DNA of 42,035 nucleotides, from NCBI GenBank assembly GCA_043798385.1, contig JAZDOU010000334.1, positions 1 through 42,035 on the forward strand, given 5' to 3'. Both the position numbers and the translations under genes were made by a program. The stretch comes from Pseudomonadota bacterium. Its GTDB lineage: Bacteria > Desulfobacterota > RBG-13-43-22. The notes beneath the pieces were generated by a model. It searched no databases, was not told the origin of the DNA, and saw nothing but the letters and a program-made list of their open reading frames with translations. This document shows positions 33,591 to 42,035 of the stretch, one piece after another (position 1 is the first letter of the stretch; the number at the start of each line of letters is the position of its first letter).

Positions 33591-33633
33591 CGAAAAACCT
33601 TCACACTTCAAATATGAGAATGAAAAAAAAACT

Positions 33634-36600
33634 ATGAAAATACAAGATCAATTCCAAACCTGCGACAGGGTTTTGGTGGTCGGAGGCGGCATCGGAGGAA
33701 TTCGAACCGCGCTGGATCTGGCCGAGGCACAAAAACACGTTGTGCTTATCGATAAGGCCAATGCGATCGGCGGATTATTAACCCTTCTGGATCGGACCTT
33801 TCCGACCAACAACTGCGACCTTTGCACCATCTCCTCAACCCTGTCGGAGAGTAACCGTAACCAGTACATTCAATTAATGCCCCTGACCCGCCTCACCCAA
33901 CTGACCGGCGAGGCCGGGGAATTTTCCGCAGTTTTGTCTACCGCACCCCGTTACATCGATCTAACACTATGTACGGCCTGCGGAGAATGTCATAGACAGT
34001 TTCCAGAATGTGTCAACTTTAACCCCGGATTGGATCATCGGGCACCCACCTGTATGCGCTATCCACAGATGACACCCCAGGCCTTCTCCATCGACCTGAG
34101 TCGCTGTCAGGATCCCCGGGCACTAGCTGCCTGCTGTCCGGCCGGCGCCATTGTTGTGGATGACCAAGAACATCGGATCAAGATGCCGGTGGCGTCAGTG
34201 GTCCTGGCCCCGGGTGCTGCTATTTTTGACCCCTCCGGTCAAGACCAATTAAGCTACCATGATCCGGATGTACTTACCGGTCTGGAATACGAACGTCTTT
34301 TGTCGGCTTCCGGACCCACGCAGGGGAAATTAGTCTGTCCCTCAGACGGCCGCATTCCAACCAAGATTGCCTGGATTCAGTGTGTGGGATCCCGCTCCAC
34401 GCAAAAAGACGCGTCGTCTTATTGCTCAAGCGTCTGTTGTATGTTCGCACTTAAAGAAGCCATAGTTACCAAAGAACGATTTCAAAACAGCATTGAAACC
34501 ACAGTGTTTTATATGGACATGAGGACTTTCGGCAAAGGCTATGAACAGTACTATGAACGCAGCCGTAAGGAATACGGCGTACGTTTTGTCTGCAGCCGGC
34601 CGCACACCGTACTCCGAAATCATGACCAGAATCGTTTGACCGTCAGTTTTGTTTCTGATAAAGGAGGCCCTTCAGCCGAAGAGTCATTTGATCTGGTGGT
34701 CCTTTCCACCGGATTTCGGATCGACGAAGATCTCCGGCAAACAGCCGATCGTCTGGACGTAAAGCTAAATGCCCATGGGTTTGCACAGACCGACTATTTT
34801 AATCCGGTGGCGACATCCCGGCCTGGAATTTATGTCTGCGGTATGTTTGAAAGCCCTAAAGATATCCCTGAAACCATAGTCCAGGCCAGCGCAGCGGCCT
34901 GTCGGGCAGCGGCGCATGTATCCCGTCAGAAGACTATAACCGAAACCGAAGACGAATTCATTCCGGAACGGGATGTGACCAGCGAAGAACCCCGAATTGG
35001 GGTTTTTATCTGTGACTGCGGGGAAAATATCGGAGGGGTTATCCCTGTGCCGGAACTGGCGGCCTTTGCGAAGACCCTGCCCGGGGTAATCCTGGCCGAA
35101 GGGGTGGGGCACGGCTGCAGCCGTAAATCCATGGACCATATCGAGGAAACGATTGGGTGTCACAAGCTCAATCGGGTGGTAATCGGGGGATGTTCCCCCC
35201 GAACGCATGAAACCCGATTTCAGGATCTCCTCCGTCGCGTCGGGCTGAACAAATACCTGCTCGAAATCGCCAATCTTCGGGATCAGGACACCTGGGTCCA
35301 TAGGGATCGCCCGTTAGACGCCGATGTTAAGGCGCGGCAGTTGATCTGGGCGGCAGTCCTGGCCGTGAAAAAGGCCCGCCCCCTGCCGGACAACCTTTTG
35401 CCCATCAATCACGATGTCCTTATCGTGGGCGGTGGCGTAGCCGGCATGACTGCTGCACTTCGGCTGGCCGATCAGGGCTTCAAGGTCTTTCTGGCTGAAC
35501 GGCAATCCATTCTGGGCGGCGTGGCTAACCTGGTCCGCCGAACCCTGGCCGGAGAAGACGTCCAGACGTTTATCCGGGATTTGATCCGACGGACGATGGC
35601 ACACCCCAATATTCAGGCCATTACTAATGCCTTTATTGTCGATCATAGCGGGATGCCGGGTTTGTTTAGAACCGGGATGCAAGTTGGGCCTCAGATGTTT
35701 TACCGACAAATCAACCACGGCGTCACAATCCTGGCATCCGGCGCCCTGCCTAATCGCCCGTCCGATTTTCTACTCGACCGGCATGCGGCGGTCATGACCC
35801 AGTTGGATGCGGATAGTTGGCTCGAAGACCATCCGGGAAAGATTGCCGAATGGAACAACGTGGTTATGATTCAATGCGTAGGCTCCCGGCAGCCGGATAA
35901 TCCCAACTGCTCACGGGTCTGCTGTCAGACGGCCATCAAAAACGCCTTGAGAATTTTAGAGAAAAATCCCGAGGCCCAGGTTTGGATTCTTTATCGGGAT
36001 ATGCGAACCTACGGCTTTCAGGAAGATTATTTTAAGCTTGCCCGGGAGAAAGGGGTAATCTTTATCCGCTATGAACCGGATCATCCCCCGAAAGTCCAAC
36101 CCGCAGGCAAGCAGGTGGAGGTGTCTTTCACTGATCATATTCTGGGCCGATCCATAACCGTTTCAGCGGATGCCCTGCTCCTGAGTACCGGCTTTATCAG
36201 TGACGATGAATCCGCTGAAGATCTGGCTGCGATCTTTAAAGTACCCAGGACATCGGATGGCTATTTTCTGGAGGACCACATCAAACTGCGGCCCGTAGAT
36301 CTTTCTACACCAGGATTTTTCATGGCCGGAACCGCCAACGCCCCCCTGTCCATCCGGGAGACGATTGCCCAGGCCGAGGCCGCGGCTGCCAGAGCACAAA
36401 CCTTACTCAGTCGCGACGGCATCAATCTGGGCGCAGCGGTTGCCCGGGTCGATGCAAAAAAATGTGCCGCTTGCCTGATCTGTGTCCGGGCCTGTCCCTT
36501 TGGCGTTCCTTTTATCAATGCCGATGGTTACTCGGAAATCGACCCGGCCAAGTGCCACGGCTGCGGTGTCTGCGCATCCGAGTGCCCGGCCAAGGCCATA

Positions 36601-36672
36601 CAACTGATGCAGTTTGAAGACGACCAGATTCTGGCCAAGCTCGACGGATTGCTGGAAAGGATGTTGAAATAA
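33634..36672 (+). CDS. hdrA: Tandem (double) HdrA-like FAD/FeS oxidoreductase
   Basis: Two GGGxxG dinucleotide folds (VVGGGIGGIRTA, IVGGGVAGMTAA), two CVGSR motifs, LDRTFPTNNCDLC, and a C-terminal 2x[4Fe-4S] region (CAACLICVRACP, CHGCGVCASECP). The start is ambiguous (33574 or 33634). Confidence 0.8.
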   Translation: MKIQDQFQTCDRVLVVGGGIGGIRTALDLAEAQKHVVLIDKANAIGGLLTLLDRTFPTNNCDLCTISSTLSESNRNQYIQLMPLTRLTQLTGEAGEFSAVLSTAPRYIDLTLCTACGECHRQFPECVNFNPGLDHRAPTCMRYPQMTPQAFSIDLSRCQDPRALAACCPAGAIVVDDQEHRIKMPVASVVLAPGAAIFDPSGQDQLSYHDPDVLTGLEYERLLSASGPTQGKLVCPSDGRIPTKIAWIQCVGSRSTQKDASSYCSSVCCMFALKEAIVTKERFQNSIETTVFYMDMRTFGKGYEQYYERSRKEYGVRFVCSRPHTVLRNHDQNRLTVSFVSDKGGPSAEESFDLVVLSTGFRIDEDLRQTADRLDVKLNAHGFAQTDYFNPVATSRPGIYVCGMFESPKDIPETIVQASAAACRAAAHVSRQKTITETEDEFIPERDVTSEEPRIGVFICDCGENIGGVIPVPELAAFAKTLPGVILAEGVGHGCSRKSMDHIEETIGCHKLNRVVIGGCSPRTHETRFQDLLRRVGLNKYLLEIANLRDQDTWVHRDRPLDADVKARQLIWAAVLAVKKARPLPDNLLPINHDVLIVGGGVAGMTAALRLADQGFKVFLAERQSILGGVANLVRRTLAGEDVQTFIRDLIRRTMAHPNIQAITNAFIVDHSGMPGLFRTGMQVGPQMFYRQINHGVTILASGALPNRPSDFLLDRHAAVMTQLDADSWLEDHPGKIAEWNNVVMIQCVGSRQPDNPNCSRVCCQTAIKNALRILEKNPEAQVWILYRDMRTYGFQEDYFKLAREKGVIFIRYEPDHPPKVQPAGKQVEVSFTDHILGRSITVSADALLLSTGFISDDESAEDLAAIFKVPRTSDGYFLEDHIKLRPVDLSTPGFFMAGTANAPLSIRETIAQAEAAAARAQTLLSRDGINLGAAVARVDAKKCAACLICVRACPFGVPFINADGYSEIDPAKCHGCGVCASECPAKAIQLMQFEDDQILAKLDGLLERMLK

Positions 36673-37100
36673 TGGAAGATTTTGAACCGATTCTTATCGC
36701 CTTTTGCTGTCACTACTGCGCCTATACCGCTGCGGACATGGCAGGCAGCCAACGGATCTCCTATCCACCCAACGTAAAAATTATCCGCGTTCCCTGTTCC
36801 GGAAAGGTTGATACGATTCATATTCTGAAGGCCTTTGAAAACGGCGCCGATGGTGTCTATGTGGCCGGCTGTTTGGAAGGAGACTGCCATTTTAAAAATG
36901 GGAATGTTCGGGCCGCCAAACGGGTGATCCGGACGCGAAAGCTGTTGGACAGCATCGGCATCGACGGGGAAAGATTGGAAATGATCAATCTGTCTGCCGG
37001 CATGGGGGAAGGCTTTGCTGAGACGGCCCGACTGCTCACCGAAAAAATCCGGAATCTGGGACCCAACCCAATCCGAAAAATAAGCCGTCTGGCGAGTTGA
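36672..37100 (+). CDS. mvhD: MvhD-like (methyl-viologen-reducing hydrogenase delta subunit) protein
   Basis: IAFCCHYCAYTAADMAG...IRVPCSGKVD...GADGVYVAGCLEGDCHF. Confidence 0.9.
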   Translation: MEDFEPILIAFCCHYCAYTAADMAGSQRISYPPNVKIIRVPCSGKVDTIHILKAFENGADGVYVAGCLEGDCHFKNGNVRAAKRVIRTRKLLDSIGIDGERLEMINLSAGMGEGFAETARLLTEKIRNLGPNPIRKISRLAS

Positions 37101-37140
37101 TCGTAATCCGTAGTCAGACAACGAAGGAGAACTAATTGCA

Positions 37141-37809
37141 ATGATAACAGCGGAACAAAAACCCCTGGAAGAAATTATTGAATATGTCCGACCGTTTCAA
37201 AGGATTCTGCTGGTCGGATGCAACGAGTGTGTGACGGTCTGTGCGGCCGGCGGCCGAAAAGAGGTCGGCATCTTGTCCTCATTACTGCAAATGTCATTTC
37301 TTAAACAGGGGAAAAATTTGCAGATCAGGGAACATACCCTCGAACGTCAATGCGATCCGGAATACGTTGAAGAACTGACATCGATGGTTGACGGTGTTGA
37401 TGCCATCCTTTCTATGGCCTGCGGGTGCGGCGTACAGGAGATGAGCCGCCGATTTAAAAATAAACCCGTCTTCCCGGCGGTCAATACCAAATTCATGGGG
37501 GCATCAGAACGACAGGGCGTTTGGGCCGAACGATGTCAAGGATGCGGCGACTGCCTGCTGGGAATCACCGGAGGGATTTGCCCCATTGCCCGGTGCTCCA
37601 AACAAATCATGAACGGCCCTTGCGGCGGTTCCACCTCCGGTAAATGTGAGATCAGCCCTGATGTAGACTGTGCCTGGCAGTTGATTTGGGATCGGCTCAA
37701 GGCCCTGGGTATGGAAAACCGGTTTGAAGAAATCCTACCGGCCAAAGACTGGAGACCCGGCCGGGGCGCCGGCCCCCGAAAAATTATCAGAGAGGATTTG
37801 GCAGAATGA
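37141..37809 (+). CDS. metV: MetV-type methylenetetrahydrofolate reductase C-terminal-domain (zinc/FeS) protein
   Basis: GCNECVTVCAAGG, GICPIARCSKQIMNGPCGGS. Confidence 0.85.
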   Translation: MITAEQKPLEEIIEYVRPFQRILLVGCNECVTVCAAGGRKEVGILSSLLQMSFLKQGKNLQIREHTLERQCDPEYVEELTSMVDGVDAILSMACGCGVQEMSRRFKNKPVFPAVNTKFMGASERQGVWAERCQGCGDCLLGITGGICPIARCSKQIMNGPCGGSTSGKCEISPDVDCAWQLIWDRLKALGMENRFEEILPAKDWRPGRGAGPRKIIREDLAE

Positions 37810-38732
37810 AAACCGACAGCGTACTGGAAAAAGTGTTGAAGACCGGAGGGTTGGCAGTAACCTCGGAATGCGGTCCGCCGAGGGGTGCTGTGCCCGAAAA
37901 AATAAAACAGAAGGCCGGACAGTTGAAAGGCTATGTGGATGCCATCAATGTCACCGACAACCAGACCGCCATGGTCCGCATGTCCAGTTTTGGCGCCGGG
38001 GTTTTTATACGGCAAATGGGCCTCCATCCGATTTTACAAATGGTGACCAGGGACCGCAATCGCCTGGCCATGCAAGCCGATATTCTCGGGGCCTATGCTC
38101 ATGGCATCAATACCATGCTTTGCCTTTCAGGGGATCATCCCTATTTTGGGGACCATCCCATGGCTTCCAGCGTCCATGACATTGATTCGATTCAATTTTT
38201 ACAGATGGTCAAAAAAATGAGGGAAGAGGGTAAATTTCAGGGTGGTTCGGTTATCGAAAATCCACCGAGGATGTTTATCGGTGCAGCCGCCAACCCCTTT
38301 GCCGATCCCTTCGAACTCCGGGTAGCCCGTCTGGCCAAGAAGGTGGCCGCCGGCGCCGATTTTATTCAAACGCAGTGCATCTACAACCTGGAAAAATTTG
38401 AAAAATGGATGGAAGGGGTTCGCAACCGGGGTTTAGACGAAAAATGTTATATCCTGGCCGGAGTCACCCCCATGAAATCGGTCGGTATGGCCCGATATAT
38501 GAAAAATAAAGTTCCGGGGATGGATGTTCCCCAGGAGTTAGTAGACCGCATGGCCGGTGTGGCCAAAGAAAAACAACCTGAAGAAGGGCTCCGAATCTGC
38601 GTGGAAACCATTGAACGTCTTAAACAGATAAAAGGCGTCGCCGGGTTTCATATTATGGCAATCGAATGGGAAGAGAAAGTGCCCGAGATTGTGGAGCGGG
38701 CCGGGCTTTATCCCCGCCCGACGGTGGATTAA
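37806..38732 (+). CDS. metF: Methylenetetrahydrofolate reductase
   Basis: ATGA overlap with metV. VTSECGPPRG...INVTDNQTAMVRMSS...TRDRNRLAMQADILGA...FIQTQ. Confidence 0.85.
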   Translation: MKTDSVLEKVLKTGGLAVTSECGPPRGAVPEKIKQKAGQLKGYVDAINVTDNQTAMVRMSSFGAGVFIRQMGLHPILQMVTRDRNRLAMQADILGAYAHGINTMLCLSGDHPYFGDHPMASSVHDIDSIQFLQMVKKMREEGKFQGGSVIENPPRMFIGAAANPFADPFELRVARLAKKVAAGADFIQTQCIYNLEKFEKWMEGVRNRGLDEKCYILAGVTPMKSVGMARYMKNKVPGMDVPQELVDRMAGVAKEKQPEEGLRICVETIERLKQIKGVAGFHIMAIEWEEKVPEIVERAGLYPRPTVD

Positions 38733-38821
38733 AGGTTAGGCAATGGGTCAAAAAAAATCGTTTTAAAGATCTTTTCCAAAATTTCAGAATTGAAATCTGA
38801 AGTTATCAAGAAGGAGGAAAA

Positions 38822-39208
38822 ATGAACAACCCAAAACTGATTCTGGTGGTGGACGATGATCCGGATTTGGTCGAAGCGGTTTCCGTAAAATTGGAAAGTG
38901 AAACTTTTCGGGTAAACAAGGCTTATGACGGCGTGGAAGCCATGGACCAGATTAAAAAAGAGCGACCGGATTTGATTATTCTTGACGTGATGATGCCGCG
39001 CAAAAACGGCTACCAATTGTGCGAGGAGCTGAAAAAGTCCGATGAGTATAAAAGTATTGTGGTGCTCCTCCTGACCGCAGTAGGGGATGCCGTTACTTCG
39101 ACCAATTATACCCATTGGGACGGCAAGAATACTTTGGCTGACGACTATATACCGAAACCGATCGATCTGGAAAAGCTGATGGGCATTGTTAAGGATTATT
39201 TGGGATAG
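38822..39208 (+). CDS. Single-domain response regulator (CheY-like receiver)
   Basis: GAAGGAGG SD. LVVDDDPD, DLIILDVMMP, KP motifs. Confidence 0.85.
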   Translation: MNNPKLILVVDDDPDLVEAVSVKLESETFRVNKAYDGVEAMDQIKKERPDLIILDVMMPRKNGYQLCEELKKSDEYKSIVVLLLTAVGDAVTSTNYTHWDGKNTLADDYIPKPIDLEKLMGIVKDYLG

Positions 39209-39236
39209 GCTCCCGGACAAGAGTGTACGTTACGTC

Positions 39237-39737
39237 ATGGAAATCCCACCCCGGAAATTTTCCATCGGCGGTCTCAAATTGAGTTTGGAACTCATCCAGA
39301 TCCGTCTGCTCCCGAAGGCCGGTATGACCGTAAACGAAATGTTGAGCCGACTGACGGATAACCAGATCAATCTGTTTGGTGTAGCGCTGGATGCTGCTGA
39401 TGGCCGACTTGCCGGCATCTGCTGCCTTTCCGCAGAGGATCGTACCACCGCGGTATGGGCCCTACAGCCCTTTGAAGGATCCTACGAAATTTTGTCTCCG
39501 GTCGGCGCGCTAACTATTTTTCCGATTCAGTCACGTTTGGCCCTCATGTCCCGATTAGTATCGGTTTTGGGAACTGCCGGACTGCCCATATACGGTATGG
39601 TCTCCTCGCCATCATCCTTTACCATCACCACCGACTACGAACGACTGGATGAGGCAGTCTCGGCGGTCTGTCAAGTGGTTACGCTACCGGATAATCACGC
39701 CCCGTTTCGGCCTGAATTCCACGTCAGACAACTCTAA
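39237..39737 (+). CDS. ACT-like domain hypothetical protein
   Basis: ORF trimmed to MEIPPRKF. The repeated beta-alpha-beta-like modules resemble aspartokinase-type ACT domains, but the assignment is weak. Confidence 0.45.
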   Translation: MEIPPRKFSIGGLKLSLELIQIRLLPKAGMTVNEMLSRLTDNQINLFGVALDAADGRLAGICCLSAEDRTTAVWALQPFEGSYEILSPVGALTIFPIQSRLALMSRLVSVLGTAGLPIYGMVSSPSSFTITTDYERLDEAVSAVCQVVTLPDNHAPFRPEFHVRQL

Positions 39738-40255
39738 TGGAAACCATTGCCTTTTATCGGGAACCAATCATTAAGACCTATGGGTTCCTCGAAAAGACCG
39801 GATTGTGTCTGGTCACTGTTGAATTTCCCTATACCCAATTAAGCGATTGGGGAGACGATTGTTTGGATTTACCGTCCCGATTGGGCGTTTCTTTACTCTT
39901 ATTGATTGCCCGTCCCGTATCCGAGAATACCATGCGTCTCCATCTGCTTTTGGATAAAACCCTGGCCGAGATGATGCAGGAGAACACCTTTCAGGCTTTT
40001 CCCGCCGAACTACAAGGTCGCTGGGGGATTGAACAGCCGGTTGAATTAATTTATTTTCACGGACCTCATTTTGGCGATCGTTACGGAATTGCCAGTGCGG
40101 CCCTAACCGCACTGACCTCCAATGAAATACCGATTCTAGCCGTGGCCTGCACCGGTTCATCCGTTTACCTGATTGTACCGGGAGGAAAAGCCTTCCCGGC
40201 CCGGGAGGCATTGGGACAGGCCTTTATGACTCCTGAAAGAGACCAACGGGAATAG
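39737..40255 (+). CDS. ACT-like domain hypothetical protein
   Basis: The start overlaps the previous stop (TAATG). FHGPHFGDRYGIA motif as seen in ACT-domain proteins. Weak assignment. Confidence 0.45.
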   Translation: METIAFYREPIIKTYGFLEKTGLCLVTVEFPYTQLSDWGDDCLDLPSRLGVSLLLLIARPVSENTMRLHLLLDKTLAEMMQENTFQAFPAELQGRWGIEQPVELIYFHGPHFGDRYGIASAALTALTSNEIPILAVACTGSSVYLIVPGGKAFPAREALGQAFMTPERDQRE

Positions 40256-40260
40256 ATGAC

Positions 40261-41787
40261 ATGAAGGCACACCGACCGAATGATATTGACTGGCGACTGG
40301 CGGTTTTTGACTCATTATCCTTCCCGACTCTGATTCTTAAACCGAATCGCACCATTGTAGCCTGCAACCAGAAACTATTGGAAACATTTGGTCTGGTTCA
40401 GAAAGATATCGTCGGGAAGACCTGTCGGGAATTTTTTCAAGCCTTTCGAGAGGACGCGGGTCTCCCCTGTACCAAAAATGCCTGCCCCTTGGATGAAACC
40501 CTTAAGAACGGTCTGGGGCATTCCATGTTACGTCAGATTCCAGAAAAGGACGGAAGCGAACATTGGGAGGATCGCGTCTTTTCACCCATTCTGGATGATG
40601 AAGGACGGGTCATGTATGTCATTGAGTCCATCCGTGATGTGACCAAATCAAAGACCCTTGAAAAAAATCTGCATGACGTTCGGGCGTTCCTCAACCGGGT
40701 CCTCCAAAGCTCCGCCAGTGCCATTATGGCTGCTGATCGGGAGGGCCGTATTCTCTTAATGAACCAGGCTGCCGAGGAACTGTTCGGCTACAGTTTCCAA
40801 CAGGCCAAGCAACTTGACGTCAGCCAGATGTATCCTCCCGGCGTAGCGCGGGAAATCATGAAGCAACTCAGAGATGAAGGCTATGGAGGGAGCGGGAAAC
40901 TCCCGGTAACCCGGGTCGATATCCTTACGGCGCATAATGAGCAAATTCCGGTGGAAATGACCGCCGCCATCATTTATGAGGACGGGATTGAAGCTGCAAC
41001 GATGGGTATTTATAATGATCTCCGCGAAAAGCTGGCTGTCGAGAAAAAATTGCAGGAGGCCCAATCCCAATTAGTCCAGACCGAAAAAATGGCCTCTCTT
41101 GGACGGTTGGCCGCCGGCGTTGCCCATGAGATCAATAACCCCCTGACCGGGATACTGCTATATGCCAACATGATGAAGGAAAAATGGGAGGGGACCAACC
41201 CCCTCCAGTCCAATCTAAATTATATCCTGGAGGATGCGGAACGATGCCGGGATATTGTGAAAAATCTTTTGGCTTACAGCCGCCAATCCAGCAAAGCCCG
41301 GGAACGCTTTTCCTTTAACACCTTTGTCATAGAAAGTTTCCACCTGGTTCGGGATCAAAAACTGTTTATAAATATGACGGTCATTAAGGAACTGTCAAGC
41401 GCCCGGATGATGGTAAAGGCGGACCGGAACAATATGAGCCAGGTGGTCATTAATCTGATTCTGAACTCTTTGGATGCCATGAATAAAAAAGGGACCCTGA
41501 CCCTGCGGACCTATAGAGATGACATTAAAAAAAAGGCCTGCCTAGAAATATCGGACACCGGAATCGGGATTCCGGAAGAAAATCTTTCCAAGATATTTGA
41601 TCCTTTTTTTACTACCAAGGCCCTGGGTAAGGGAACCGGTCTGGGTTTGAGCACCACCTATGGCATTGTTAAAGATAATCATGGTGATATTTCCGTCAAA
41701 GAAACCGGACCGAAGGGAACAACTTTTCTGGTAACGCTTCCCTTGGACCTTGATTCCCCGGAGGATGACGGGAATATGATCGGATAG
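40261..41787 (+). CDS. PAS-domain sensor histidine kinase
   Basis: Two PAS-like modules, H-box [12 protein letters not shown]1/G2 boxes ([21 protein letters not shown]). Confidence 0.9.
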   Translation: MKAHRPNDIDWRLAVFDSLSFPTLILKPNRTIVACNQKLLETFGLVQKDIVGKTCREFFQAFREDAGLPCTKNACPLDETLKNGLGHSMLRQIPEKDGSEHWEDRVFSPILDDEGRVMYVIESIRDVTKSKTLEKNLHDVRAFLNRVLQSSASAIMAADREGRILLMNQAAEELFGYSFQQAKQLDVSQMYPPGVAREIMKQLRDEGYGGSGKLPVTRVDILTAHNEQIPVEMTAAIIYEDGIEAATMGIYNDLREKLAVEKKLQEAQSQLVQTEKMASLGRLAAGVAHEINNPLTGILLYANMMKEKWEGTNPLQSNLNYILEDAERCRDIVKNLLAYSRQSSKARERFSFNTFVIESFHLVRDQKLFINMTVIKELSSARMMVKADRNNMSQVVINLILNSLDAMNKKGTLTLRTYRDDIKKKACLEISDTGIGIPEENLSKIFDPFFTTKALGKGTGLGLSTTYGIVKDNHGDISVKETGPKGTTFLVTLPLDLDSPEDDGNMIG

Positions 41788-42035
41788 CCCTAAGGAAGAC
41801 ACCGGAAAAGAACGGAGAGACGAAAAATGGCGTTTGGCGGCTTTTGACGATGTCGTCATCCGTAATTTATTAGTAACGTTCAAAAGTTGAGGCAATTCAT
41901 CAGCCCGAATTGGAAATGGCAGCCAGGTCATAAATGGGGTTAGGGGGGTCTTATTTTCAGGGTTGTCCACCTAAAAGCCCCAAGCTTCTTTGCCGGGCCA
42001 AATAAGAAATGACTTCAAAAGCAGGCCGTCACCAA

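Noticed and set aside
33574-33633. Alternative upstream start (ATG at 33574) for hdrA, overlapping the preceding metF-like gene by 17 nt.
   Set aside because: Neither candidate start has a clear SD. The conserved HdrA N-terminus (VLVVGGGIGG) begins soon after the ATG at 33634, so I chose that start, but the longer form cannot be excluded.
41542-41970. 142-aa minus-strand ORF overlapping the 3' end of the histidine kinase and extending into the last intergenic region.
   Set aside because: About 245 nt overlap a strongly supported kinase CDS. There is no SD and no recognisable family. The non-overlapping part (41790-41970) might be a gene fragment, but I cannot support that.

Overview
This is a 42-kb chromosomal window, densely coded on both strands. 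Gene content points to a strict anaerobe of the Desulfobacterota (deltaproteobacterial sulfate-reducer or syntroph) type; that placement is an inference from gene content only. From left to right the window contains: (1) periplasmic envelope/metal-stress genes, including two Spy/CpxP/ZraP-like proteins. (2) A metal(loid)/arsenic-type resistance island: a 5'-truncated CDF relic, a BASS/ACR3-superfamily carrier, a flavodoxin-like reductase, an AhpD-like protein, DUF169, a thioredoxin-like lipoprotein, ArsR, a COG0701 permease, two redox-active-disulfide thioredoxin-like proteins, a DGC protein and a canonical ACR3. (3) A pentahaem cytochrome c next to a membrane Hdr(E/C)-like plus HdrB-like pair. 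(4) A sigma-54 activator followed by a cluster of NifX-like, ferredoxin, DUF5320, Mrp-NifX fusion, two MinD-type FeS ATPases and an IscU-like protein. As far as I know this module has no assigned function, and it is my best candidate for an undescribed system. (5) Assorted redox and housekeeping genes: MBL hydrolase, HdrD-like, PdaD, radical SAM, NMO/FabK-like, TrmO, DUF364, peroxiredoxin, MOSC and DsrE-like. (6) A MetF-like/tandem-HdrA/MvhD/MetV/MetF block. (7) A response regulator, two ACT-like proteins and a PAS histidine kinase. Two themes are not visible in the ORF track. First, four ORF pairs are really single reading frames joined by one in-frame TGA. Two of these sit at textbook selenocysteine positions (peroxiredoxin, DsrE-like); the other two (pentahaem cytochrome, DUF169) are unresolved. 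Second, the intergenic DNA carries several families of structured repeats. One is a 131-bp element present four times, and two near-identical inverted copies of it bracket exactly one gene (hdrB-like). I recognised no transposase, integrase, phage gene, CRISPR array, tRNA or rRNA.
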